A stretch of DNA of 64,000 bases from Candidatus Nealsonbacteria bacterium DGGOD1a (GTDB taxonomy: Bacteria > Patescibacteriota > Minisyncoccia > Minisyncoccales > UBA5738): positions 521,525-585,524 of the forward strand of contig CP092821.1 in the NCBI GenBank assembly GCA_022530585.1, in the 5' to 3' direction. How positions within the stretch are numbered: the first letter of the stretch is position 1; every line of letters begins with the position of its first letter. The notes under the pieces are model-generated. The model saw only the letters and a program-made list of their open reading frames with translations. It searched no databases and was not told where the DNA came from. The position numbers and the translations under genes are program-made. Positions 36,595 through 47,123 of the stretch are shown here, one piece after another.

Positions 36595-36638
36595 GTTGAG
36601 GTCAAACCTCAACAAGTTTGTTGAGGTTTGACCTCAAC
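36595..36638. promoter_or_regulatory. Twin 19-bp palindromes (gttgaggtcaaacctcaac / gttgaggtttgacctcaac) upstream of dnaB
   Basis: Together they form a 44-bp near-perfect palindrome 24 nt upstream of the dnaB start. Confidence 0.4.
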
Positions 36639-36940
36639 GAGATATGTAATCGACAAAACTGTATGAATTATCGTAACAAAGCGAATCAAACCTTGCAACC
36701 CTTGTGCATAACCGGCATTGACAATTGAATCCGGCGGGTATATATAATCATTTGGTTTCCGATTTCGCGCGCGCGATCAAACGCAAGGGCAAGTTGTTTA
36801 TCTTTTTAATTTAATTTTTCTTTACAAATTTCTTCAAAGAATTGGAAAAATTAAACGGAAAAACAAAAGATTTGCCGATGCCTTGACATTGGTTTTAAAA
36901 AACGCTAAACTGTCATTGTTGCGAAGTTAATTGTAAAATT

Positions 36941-37036
36941 ATGGCCGATAAAAAATCCGCCAAGAAAGTTAACAAAAAGAAAGCCGCGCCCAAAACTTGC
37001 GCCTGCTCTTGCAATTGCTGCCCGAGCAACAAGTAG
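36941..37036 (+). CDS. Candidate 31-aa Lys-rich/Cys-rich micro-protein (MADKKSAKKVNKKKAAPKTCACSCNCCPSNK)
   Basis: Preceded by TTGACA-17-TAAACT (from ~36884) and followed by a hairpin plus T-run (~37060-37097). Confidence 0.3.
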   Translation: MADKKSAKKVNKKKAAPKTCACSCNCCPSNK

Positions 37037-37303
37037 AAAATTGACGACGGTTGAAAGCAAGAAAAAAATCATAAGATATTATGACTGTATGATTTTTTGT
37101 TTGTTTTTAACAAGCAGTTATAATTGCCGAGGGGGTGACCGAGCGCGAGCGAGGAAATCCCGAGGCGAGCACGCCGAGGGGAAAGAACTTCTAAAATTAA
37201 ATAGCGAAATATTTTCAATTTTCCACGAAAATATTTCGTGAGCCAAAGCGGTATGCGCTTTAACAAAGCATACAAAGAATTTTTTGAAGTTGTCTTGGAC
37301 TCA

Positions 37304-38948
<1,645 letters not shown>

Positions 38949-39207
38949 ACATTTTTGAGTGTCGGCTTTTGTCGAGGGACGAGAATTCTTCTCTTGACAC
39001 CAAGACGCTGATCGGTTCGTCTCTAAGAAACCGATTTCGAAAGTCCAAGGCGACTTCAAGCAATTCTTTTATTCGTAGTGGAAATCAAAGCACCCGCAGG
39101 GGTGTTTTTGCGCTAACAAAAATTTGGCAACAGACCCATTATGTCCCCGATGATTATGTGTTTTTTGCGGTCACGGAATTTTATAATTTTTTTATACAAA
39201 ACCGATA

Positions 39208-39245
39208 TTCTATAAATTTAGCTATGGCTAAAAATATAGAATAAA
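39208..39245. repeat. 38-nt palindromic element (copy 2)
   Basis: One mismatch relative to 2780-2817. Confidence 0.7.
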
Positions 39246-39440
39246 TTTTATTGACGGAATACGAGGGTTTGGTAGGATACAAATAGAAATCAAAATTCAA
39301 AATCAAATTATAAAACCAAAAATAAAATTGATGAAAAAATAAATTTAAAGGCCGCGGTTTGAAAAAAATACAAGCAATATGTTTCATATCAATCATGCGC
39401 CAGTCAAAACTAAACGAATCCGAGTTCAAAGATTAATGAT

Positions 39441-40016
39441 ATGATAAAAAAGGTTCCAAAAAATAAAAAACGGATTAACAAAACCGAGATGCCGGTGAAA
39501 ATTCCAAAAAAAGTGGAAGGTTTTTTGAGTAAAACGGGGATTAAATGTGAAACAATAACTCATCGCACGGTCTATACCGCGTTTGACAAGGCGGCGACTT
39601 TAAAAATAAAGACAGGCGCGATCGCCAAAGTTTTGGTGATTAAAATTGACAGGGAATTGGCAATGGCGGTTATCGGCGGAGACAGGAATTTGGATATGGA
39701 TAAGCTGGCAAAACTCGCCAAGGCAAAGAAAATTGATTTTGCCAAAGAAAAAATTATTGCCGAAACTTTTAAAGGTATTGACCCGGGAGCGATCCCGCCC
39801 TTTGCCGGTTTGTGGCAAATACGCGTTTTTTGCGACAAAAAATTTCTGGAATCGCCAAAAATAATAATATCCGCCGGAAGTTATGAAGCGTCGCTGATAA
39901 TCACCCCCGCCGCATTTAAAAAAACCAACCCCGAAATGGCAATTGGCAATTTTTCGGCCGCCAAACCCAAATTAAAAAAGCCGATTAAGGCCGCCTTGAA
40001 AAAAAGAAGGAAATAG
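39441..40016 (+). CDS. YbaK/EbsC-type aminoacyl-tRNA deacylase domain protein with Lys-rich termini
   Basis: Core TVYTAFDKAATL..IAKVLVIK..LAMAVIGGDRNLDMDKLAKL..GAIPPFAG..ISAGS. Confidence 0.65.
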   Translation: MIKKVPKNKKRINKTEMPVKIPKKVEGFLSKTGIKCETITHRTVYTAFDKAATLKIKTGAIAKVLVIKIDRELAMAVIGGDRNLDMDKLAKLAKAKKIDFAKEKIIAETFKGIDPGAIPPFAGLWQIRVFCDKKFLESPKIIISAGSYEASLIITPAAFKKTNPEMAIGNFSAAKPKLKKPIKAALKKRRK

Positions 40017-40035
40017 GGTATAAATAGTTTGTTGC

Positions 40036-40107
40036 GGGCGCGTAGTTAAGTGGTATAACGCCGTCCTGATAAGACGGAGGCCGAAGGTCCGATTCCTTCC
40101 GCGCCCA
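40036..40107 (+). tRNA. tRNA-Ile (anticodon GAT)
   Basis: Acceptor GGGCGCG/CGCGCCC, anticodon stem CCGTC/GACGG with loop CTGATAA, T arm GAAGG-TCCGATT-CCTTC. Confidence 0.85.
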
Positions 40108-40157
40108 CATTAAAAAATCCCGTTTCCGGGATTTTTGCTTTAAAAGGTTTTTACGAT

Positions 40158-41456
40158 TTATTGGTGTTTCAATTTTAAAACAAGAAAAGCGGCGGCCAGG
40201 CATAGAATACCGGCGAGAATAAAGGAATTTGCGTAACTGCCGGCCTCCATTAACTTGACGATTGTTTTACCCGCGGTATCAACGGTTTCGTAAGGTACAT
40301 CCCGAACCGCAAGTAAAAGTTTTGGCGCGAGCCACGGCCCAACCAGTCCGCCGGCGCCGTAGGCGGTAAACATCAAGCCGTAGTTGGCGCCGATGTTTTT
40401 CGCGCCGAAATAATCCGCGGTAATCGCCGGATAAAGCGCCAAAAATCCGCCGAAACAAAAGCCAATAAGAGACGCGACTGCGGCAAAGCTCCAAAAACTG
40501 TTCAATCCTCCTAAAATCAGTAGCGCGATGCCGCATAGCGCAAAAATTGCCATCAAAGTTTTTTCGCGGCCCATTTTATCTGAAATTAGACCCCAGACAA
40601 TGCGGCCCGAACTATTTAGAATTGATACCGCCATCACCGCCAGCGTTCCCTGCGCCAGAATTTGCGAAAATTGCACCGCCGTAATGATTCCGGCGATCTT
40701 TGCAAAACCGGACGCAACCTGCGCCTGCCAGATATTTACCAAATTCATTATCACCATCAATCCCGCCGCACAACCGATAAAATAGGTAATCCACAAAATC
40801 CAAAAGCGGCGGGTTTGGACCATCTCCTTGGTCGTGAAATCAGCCTTTTGATTGATGGCGGCCACCGGCGGCATCCATCCGGCGGGACAATAACCGGCCG
40901 GCGGCACGCGCATTAACTGCGCTCCGGCCACAATGGCAAAAAAATAAACCAAACCAAGATAAAACAATGCCGCCATAATGCCGATATGGGCGATCAGATA
41001 ACTCGCGAGCGGCGCAAACACCAATCCTCCGGCGCCAAATCCCGCCACTGCCAGTCCGGTAATCAGGCCGCGCTTGTCCGGAAACCATTTCACGCAGGTT
41101 GCGATCGGGCAGACATAAGCCGCGTAAATACCGATGCCGCCCAAAACTCCGAATCCGAATACAAACTGGAGCAAAGTTTGCGCTTTAGCGGCAATACACA
41201 TTCCCAATAATAATATAAACGCGCCAATTATGGCGGTTATTTTGGGTCCGATTTTATCTTGAATCTTGCCCGCAACAATCATGATTAACGCGCCTATTCC
41301 CAGCAGAACTTGGGCTGGCAGAGCGATATCGGTTGCCGACCAGGTTGGAAAATGTTCTTTCAAGGCCGGCTTAAAAACACTGTAAATATAGATCGCGCCC
41401 AGGCTAACCTGGATAAGCAAAGCCCCCAGCACCACGAACCAGCGGTTATGTTTCAT
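40158..41456 (-). CDS. MFS transporter (oxalate/formate antiporter-like)
   Basis: 12 TM helices. KIQDKIGPK and WFPDKRGLITGLAVAGFGAGG motifs. Start placed at MKHNRWFVVLG. Confidence 0.8.
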   Translation of the reverse strand: MKHNRWFVVLGALLIQVSLGAIYIYSVFKPALKEHFPTWSATDIALPAQVLLGIGALIMIVAGKIQDKIGPKITAIIGAFILLLGMCIAAKAQTLLQFVFGFGVLGGIGIYAAYVCPIATCVKWFPDKRGLITGLAVAGFGAGGLVFAPLASYLIAHIGIMAALFYLGLVYFFAIVAGAQLMRVPPAGYCPAGWMPPVAAINQKADFTTKEMVQTRRFWILWITYFIGCAAGLMVIMNLVNIWQAQVASGFAKIAGIITAVQFSQILAQGTLAVMAVSILNSSGRIVWGLISDKMGREKTLMAIFALCGIALLILGGLNSFWSFAAVASLIGFCFGGFLALYPAITADYFGAKNIGANYGLMFTAYGAGGLVGPWLAPKLLLAVRDVPYETVDTAGKTIVKLMEAGSYANSFILAGILCLAAAFLVLKLKHQ

Positions 41457-41602
41457 AAATTTATGATTATTACGCCATTCTATCAAACCCCGCCGTTAAA
41501 GCAATTGCAATCGGGCTATTTTTTGCTATTGTATATTTGTTGAATTTGCTTCATTTGAGTTCGTGTTTAAACTCATCGCTTGCGACTCATCAACCATTTC
41601 CC

Positions 41603-41678
41603 GGGCCTTTAGCTCAGCCGGCAGAGCGCCTCATTTGCAATGAGGAGGTCGGCGGTTCGAATCCGCCAAGGTCCACCA
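41603..41678 (+). tRNA. tRNA-Ala (anticodon TGC), CCA encoded
   Basis: Acceptor GGGCCTT/AAGGTCC with G3:U70, anticodon loop TTTGCAA, T arm GGCGG-TTCGAAT-CCGCC. Confidence 0.9.
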
Positions 41679-41693
41679 AAGTTTTCGGGACAT

Positions 41694-41728
41694 GATGAAG
41701 TCGCCGGTTCGAATCCGGTAAGGTCCAC
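41694..41728 (+). pseudogene. Duplicated tRNA-Ala 3' fragment (T arm plus 3' acceptor strand)
   Basis: gatgaagtcGCCGGTTCGAATCCGGTAAGGTCCA has compensatory T-stem changes relative to the intact gene 16 nt upstream. Confidence 0.75.
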
Positions 41729-42025
41729 ATTTTCATATTAGCGGGAGAATTTCTCACGGCCGCGGCTTCGCTAATGTGGTGTTTGCTTGAGAAAGTTAGA
41801 ACCTGTTGTCTGCAAGATCCAGAATAGCACAAAATCCGCCCAATTCGACAATTTTGACCCCCGACTGAGCGTCGCTTGCCCTTCCAGATGGCTATCTTCC
41901 AGGGCGGCGCTCGCAAAGGGGCAGCCGGGCTCGAATTGGGCTCAGGCCAACGCATTTTAGCCGCAGGTGGGGGTAAAAATATATATATAAATCGAAGCCA
42001 GTAGGCTTCGCGAATTTTTGGAAAT

Positions 42026-43302
42026 TTAGACTGTTGAATAATGGCGGTTAATTTAAGCGCAATTCGTGGTAAAATAGAGGTAGAAAACAATCTAACTTTA
42101 CCACGAAATATGTTCAAACAAACCAACAAAAATTCATTTTTCGGATATTTCTTGTATGATCAAATCGTTCCCAAGGATCACTTTTTAAGAAAGCTTGCCG
42201 CCGCGGTTGATTTTAATTTCGTCAACGAGCTTTGCCAGGATGCCTACCCGAATTTCGGAAAGGCGGGCAACCGCCCGTATGAACCGGCAATGCTGTTCAA
42301 GATTCTTCTGCTGGCTTTTCTCTACAATGTATCGTTGCGTGACATGGAAGAACAGATCAACGACCGCCTGTCATTTAAATGGTTTCTGGGATTGGCGGCC
42401 ACCGATTCCGCGCCGGATCATTCCACGATTTCGGTATTCCGGGACAGGTTAAGGGAAAATGTCTTTCAAGAAATTTTCAACCAAATTGTCAAACAAGCCG
42501 ATGGAAAAGGACTGATTCATGATCGTTTGAAGATCATTGATTCCACCGATATCGCCGCCAATGTTGACTTGGCTAGATTGGTTAAGGAACATCGCGATGA
42601 CGACAAATCCGATGGCAATACTTTCATCGATGACAACAGCCCCGACCAAGATGCGCGCTTCGGGCGCAAATCCGATCAGAAGCAAATCTATGGATTCAAA
42701 CAGCATACCGCCATTGACGCCGATTCGGGAATCATCGAAGCGATGAAAATAACTCCGGCCAACGTGCTTGATATGGATGTCGTGGAACCGCTACTCAAAC
42801 CGCTCAAAAAATCAACCGATGGCAGAAAGAAAACCAAAGCGACTCTGGACAAGGGCTACGACACAAACGAAAATCACGCGCTTTTGGAAAAATATGGTTT
42901 CAAATCATTCATCATTATCAAGAAGAACCGCAAGGTGGAAAAACTGAAACAAAGAATGAAAACCGCCATCTACAAGAAGACCATCGGTGAACGCTACAAA
43001 GTTGAACGGATATTCGCCGAAAGCAAATCGAACCACGGACTGGCCAAATGCCGCTGGCCGGGAAAATGGAAAACTGAAATTCAGGCATATGTTACCGCCA
43101 GCGTTCTTAACTGCAAAAGAATCGTAACTTTGCTTTCTCCAATTGCCGCTTGATACGCTTTTCAAAGAGCATCTTTCAATCAAATATCCAATCATTGCCA
43201 CCCTCGCGCGAGGCGAAAACCCTCATTTGAGTTTTCCTCTGGCGCGAGAGCCGCAATCCGGCCTCAAATTACCCACGGGGTAATAATTATTCAACAGTCT
43301 AA
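42026..43302 (+). mobile_element. IS5/IS1182-like insertion sequence (1,277 bp)
   Basis: Perfect 17-bp terminal inverted repeats: ttagactgttgaataat (42026-42042) and attattcaacagtctaa (43286-43302). Confidence 0.8.
42110..43153 (+). CDS. DDE transposase with DUF772/InsH-type N-domain (IS5/IS1182 family)
   Basis: RPYEPAMLFKILLLAFLYNVSLRDMEEQINDRLSFKWFLGL, later IDSTDI and LDKGYD (DDE) motifs. The start could also be 42041. Confidence 0.8.
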   Translation: MFKQTNKNSFFGYFLYDQIVPKDHFLRKLAAAVDFNFVNELCQDAYPNFGKAGNRPYEPAMLFKILLLAFLYNVSLRDMEEQINDRLSFKWFLGLAATDSAPDHSTISVFRDRLRENVFQEIFNQIVKQADGKGLIHDRLKIIDSTDIAANVDLARLVKEHRDDDKSDGNTFIDDNSPDQDARFGRKSDQKQIYGFKQHTAIDADSGIIEAMKITPANVLDMDVVEPLLKPLKKSTDGRKKTKATLDKGYDTNENHALLEKYGFKSFIIIKKNRKVEKLKQRMKTAIYKKTIGERYKVERIFAESKSNHGLAKCRWPGKWKTEIQAYVTASVLNCKRIVTLLSPIAA

Positions 43303-43377
43303 TATTATAGAAATTATAGAATTGAAAAATGATCGTAAAAGAGCTAAAGTGTATAGAAATATAGCTTTAAACACAAT

Positions 43378-45648
43378 ATGTTCCTAAGCGACAACGAAAA
43401 ACGAGATATAGCCAAATTTATTGAAGCAGGCAAGCCTTTGCCGGACAAATACCGGTTTTTGCTGTTTGAAGACAAGCGCGAAGTCGAGCTGGTATGGAAT
43501 GGAAAAACCAATGAAGTAACAAACGCAGTTTTGCCCTTTCAAACGATTGAGCAAGTTGACGAACCGCGAAGCGAAAAGGAAATTAAAATGCAAAGATCGC
43601 TTTTCGACGTCGATTCGCGCGGCCGCCAGTTGAAAGGCTGGACGAATAAACTGATCTGGGGTGACAATAAACTAATCCTTTCGAGCTTGAAAAACGGCCC
43701 GTTGCGCCAGGAGATCGAAGCGCAAGGTGGTATTAAACTGATTTACATTGATCCGCCGTTCGATGTGGGCGCAGATTTTTCAATGAACATTGAAATAGGA
43801 AATGAAGAATTCACTAAAAAACCGAATGTTTTGGAGGAATTGGCCTACCGTGATACCTGGGGAAAAGGCGCGGATAGCTTTATTGCGATGATCTATGAGC
43901 GGCTTTCGTTAATGCGCGATTTATTGGCCAATGACGGCAGTATTTATGTCCATTGCGATTATAGGCTTACACATTACGTGCGCGCTGTATTGGATGAGTT
44001 ATTTGATAAAAATAAATTCTTGAGTGAAATTATCTGGCAAGGTGCCGTTGGTGATACTTCCGCTAAAAATAAAAAATATATTAAATCGCACGATACTATT
44101 TTTTTATATTCAAAGTTGGATACATATATCTGGAATGATGTTTTTCAAGCATACGGCGAGGCTAGCAATAAGCTTTATCGATACGAAGACGCACAAGGTA
44201 GATATCGGTTGGTGCCGGTAGATAATCCTGGCGGTGGCGGATATATTTATAGCTTCGGTAAAGGAGAAAAACTACCAGCAAATGGTTATCGGATGCCAGA
44301 ATCAACAGCTAATCAATGGCTTAATGATGGAATTTTAATTGTTGAGAGTGGTAAGGTGCCAAGTAGGAAGCAATATATGAATGAAAGCGGCGTACGGTGT
44401 AAGGATGTCTGGGACGATATTTCATCTTCAGTTGCCAAGGAATATCCAACACAAAAACCAGAAGCGTTGCTTGAAAGAATTATTAAGGCGTCATCAAATG
44501 AAAATGATATTGTGGCGGATTTTTTCTGCGGGTCTGGGACAACTTTATCTGTCGCGGAGAAATTAGATAGGAAATGGATTGGTTCAGATTTGGGAAAGTT
44601 CGCAATTCATACCGCGCGGAAGCGAATGATTGGCGTTCAGCGACAGATGAAAAAAGATGGTAAGAATTTCCGGGCGTTTGAGATTCTGAATCTTGGAAAA
44701 TACGAACGCCAGCATTATATTGGCGTGAATCCAAATTTGCGCGATGAAGAAAAGCAGGCACAAATCGTGCAACGGGAGAAAGATTTTATCGCGCTGGTGC
44801 TGGGGGCATACAAAGCCGAAGCGTTTGACGGATTTAGAACTTTTCACGGCAAGAAAAGCTCGCGATTGGTTGCTATAGGGCCAATAAATTTGCCAGTATC
44901 GCGGTTGTTTGTTGAAGAAGTTATCAATGAGTGTCAGGAAAAGAAAATTACCAAAGCCGATATTCTCGCGTTTGAGTTTGAAATGGGATTATTCCCAAAT
45001 ATTCAGGAAGAAGCCAAGAGCAAAGGCATCGATTTGGCGTTGAAATATATCCCGCGCGATGTATTTGACAAACGGGCGATTGAGAAGAACCAAGTGGTAT
45101 TCCACGACGTTTCTTATATCGAAGTTAAACCAATTATTAAGAAAAACACTTTAGCAATTGAACTCACCGATTTTTCTGTTTTCTACAATCAAGATTCGAT
45201 CAAAGAAGTCGAGGAAAATTTGAAGAACGGAGGTAAGAAACTGATCGTTGAAAACGGTCAGATTATCAAAGTTTCTAAAGATAAAGAGGGCATAATCGAA
45301 AAAGAAAATTTAACCAAGGAATGGACCGACTGGATTGATTACTGGGCGGTTGATTTTGATTTTGAAAGCAAAAAAGAAATAATCCGGGTGTCGAAAAAAG
45401 AATCGGTGCAGCCAAAACTTGACGGTTCGGCAGTTCCGCATCAAGTAAAAATTCCCGAATTTGAGGAAGTTTGGACCGGCGACTATGTATTTGAAAATGA
45501 GTGGCAATCTTTCCGAACCAAAAAAGACCGCAACCTTGAATTAATAAGCGTTGCCAAAGAAATGCCAGCCGGAAAGCATAAGGTTGCAATTAAGGTGGTC
45601 GATATTTTCGGCAACGACACGATGAAGATAATTGAAATCAATATTTGA
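43378..45648 (+). CDS. mod: Type III-like N6-adenine DNA methyltransferase (Mod, beta-class) with ~330-aa C-terminal extension
   Basis: Motif [12 protein letters not shown] precedes motif [25 protein letters not shown]. Confidence 0.8.
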   Translation: MFLSDNEKRDIAKFIEAGKPLPDKYRFLLFEDKREVELVWNGKTNEVTNAVLPFQTIEQVDEPRSEKEIKMQRSLFDVDSRGRQLKGWTNKLIWGDNKLILSSLKNGPLRQEIEAQGGIKLIYIDPPFDVGADFSMNIEIGNEEFTKKPNVLEELAYRDTWGKGADSFIAMIYERLSLMRDLLANDGSIYVHCDYRLTHYVRAVLDELFDKNKFLSEIIWQGAVGDTSAKNKKYIKSHDTIFLYSKLDTYIWNDVFQAYGEASNKLYRYEDAQGRYRLVPVDNPGGGGYIYSFGKGEKLPANGYRMPESTANQWLNDGILIVESGKVPSRKQYMNESGVRCKDVWDDISSSVAKEYPTQKPEALLERIIKASSNENDIVADFFCGSGTTLSVAEKLDRKWIGSDLGKFAIHTARKRMIGVQRQMKKDGKNFRAFEILNLGKYERQHYIGVNPNLRDEEKQAQIVQREKDFIALVLGAYKAEAFDGFRTFHGKKSSRLVAIGPINLPVSRLFVEEVINECQEKKITKADILAFEFEMGLFPNIQEEAKSKGIDLALKYIPRDVFDKRAIEKNQVVFHDVSYIEVKPIIKKNTLAIELTDFSVFYNQDSIKEVEENLKNGGKKLIVENGQIIKVSKDKEGIIEKENLTKEWTDWIDYWAVDFDFESKKEIIRVSKKESVQPKLDGSAVPHQVKIPEFEEVWTGDYVFENEWQSFRTKKDRNLELISVAKEMPAGKHKVAIKVVDIFGNDTMKIIEINI

Positions 45649-45652
45649 ATTT

Positions 45653-47119
45653 ATGGGTAATTATATAAAAAAAGTAAAAGTTAATTTGCTGGACGGGCGA
45701 TTTACCCAGGAAATAGCTTTTTCTTCGGGGCTTAATATTATCGCGGGAGCTAATGGAGCTTGCAAAACAAAGCTTCTTGAATATATTCAATTAAACAAAT
45801 CAAATAATGCCACAGTTGAATTATCTATTCCTGGCCAAAATGTTATCATTGCCCAATTTAGCCCAAAGAGGAATGCTCAAAAAGTATTAATGGAACAAGC
45901 GCAACAATTAGTAAGGCAAGATATAAATGCTGAACAGAACGCATTAAACGCTTTTATAAATCAACAGCTCCAAGATGATAATATCCAAACAATCAAATCA
46001 ATCTCGGAGTATTTAACACTTAGTTCGGAGAAAATTGTTGATCAAGGAAATAAGACCAAAGAGCAAGCTACGGAGGAAATTAAGCAAAAATATCAAGAAG
46101 TATTAAGTAAGGTATTTGATTATAAAATAAATCTTTCTTGGGACTCAAGTCGTCGTCGTTATATTTCGAATATCTCAAAAAATGGAGATAACTTAGAATT
46201 TAATCAATTGAGTTCCGGAGAAAACGCTATTATTTCATTAGTTTTCGCGGTTTTTTATGTAAAGGATACTGCCGATATTTACTTAATCGATGAACCGGAA
46301 ATACATTTAAATTGGCTGCTAGAAGAAAAATTGTTTGGCTTCTTTGACTGGTTTGCGCAAACTTACAATAAGCAAATTATTATAGTTACGCATTCGAGGG
46401 CGTGTTTCATTAAGCCATACGTTGATTTTGCGCAATTTTTTGTTTGGGAAAATGGCAATACGGTTATAAAAAATAAACCAGATCAAGGTTTAATAGAAGC
46501 CTTATCTGGCGACATAGTAAAAGTTGTTAATGGAATAACCGCCGAAGATAAGCTTATATATGTCGAGGATAAAAAACAGAAACATGTTATTGGGAAAATA
46601 TCCGAATTATTACCAAAGAAAATTGAGATCGTTGACATTGGAAATTGCGAAAAAGTAAAGACGCAAGCAAAGGCGTTTAAGATGCTGAACGTAAATAATG
46701 TTTCTTTTTTAATAGATGGAGATAATAAACCAATGGAATCCATCGAACGGGCGGATTACCATAGTTCTTTAGTGCAACTTGATAAATATTGCATAGAAAA
46801 TTATTTTTTAGATACTGCTATTCTTGCGATAATTGACAAAAGTAATCCTAAAAAAGATATTTCCAGCGAATTATTTAATACAGTAAAAGAAATATCAAAT
46901 CAAAGCTTTGCACCAGTTAAAGCATTATTAACTAGTAAGGATTCTCTCACAAAGGATGTTCTTGATAGGCTTGACGCTTCAATCTTTGTCAAAAATTTAG
47001 CAAGAAGGTTAGGCTATAACAATGAATCCGAATTGATGGACGCTTACATCACAGAAGTTAACCGTCAAGGCAAATTAAATGAATTTTTCCCTGAGATAGT
47101 GAACAAAATACTTATTTAG
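45653..47119 (+). CDS. ABC/AAA_21-type ATPase fused to a TOPRIM/DUF4435-like domain (OLD-family / PARIS AriA-AriB-fusion-like)
   Basis: Walker A GANGACKT, signature-like LSSGEN, Walker B IYLIDEPEIHL, IIVTHS. C-terminal IYVEDKK (Glu) and FLIDGDN (DxD) fit TOPRIM. Confidence 0.6.
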   Translation: MGNYIKKVKVNLLDGRFTQEIAFSSGLNIIAGANGACKTKLLEYIQLNKSNNATVELSIPGQNVIIAQFSPKRNAQKVLMEQAQQLVRQDINAEQNALNAFINQQLQDDNIQTIKSISEYLTLSSEKIVDQGNKTKEQATEEIKQKYQEVLSKVFDYKINLSWDSSRRRYISNISKNGDNLEFNQLSSGENAIISLVFAVFYVKDTADIYLIDEPEIHLNWLLEEKLFGFFDWFAQTYNKQIIIVTHSRACFIKPYVDFAQFFVWENGNTVIKNKPDQGLIEALSGDIVKVVNGITAEDKLIYVEDKKQKHVIGKISELLPKKIEIVDIGNCEKVKTQAKAFKMLNVNNVSFLIDGDNKPMESIERADYHSSLVQLDKYCIENYFLDTAILAIIDKSNPKKDISSELFNTVKEISNQSFAPVKALLTSKDSLTKDVLDRLDASIFVKNLARRLGYNNESELMDAYITEVNRQGKLNEFFPEIVNKILI

Positions 47120-47123
47120 ATTT

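Noticed and set aside
38949-39440. Looked for a 23S rRNA start or a canonical ITS directly after 16S.
   Set aside because: No 23S-like sequence is present. The region contains only AT-rich spacer and a 38-nt palindromic repeat before a protein-coding gene.
41694-42025. tRNA-like T arm followed by structured GC-rich RNA, considered as a permuted (two-piece) tmRNA.
   Set aside because: No downstream 5' acceptor strand complementary to AAGGTCC, no plausible resume codon or tag ORF ending in a hydrophobic A-rich tail, and no CCA.
41614-42129. 171-aa minus-strand ORF.
   Set aside because: It runs antisense through tRNA-Ala, the tRNA fragment and the IS5 inverted repeat. Its composition is not protein-like.
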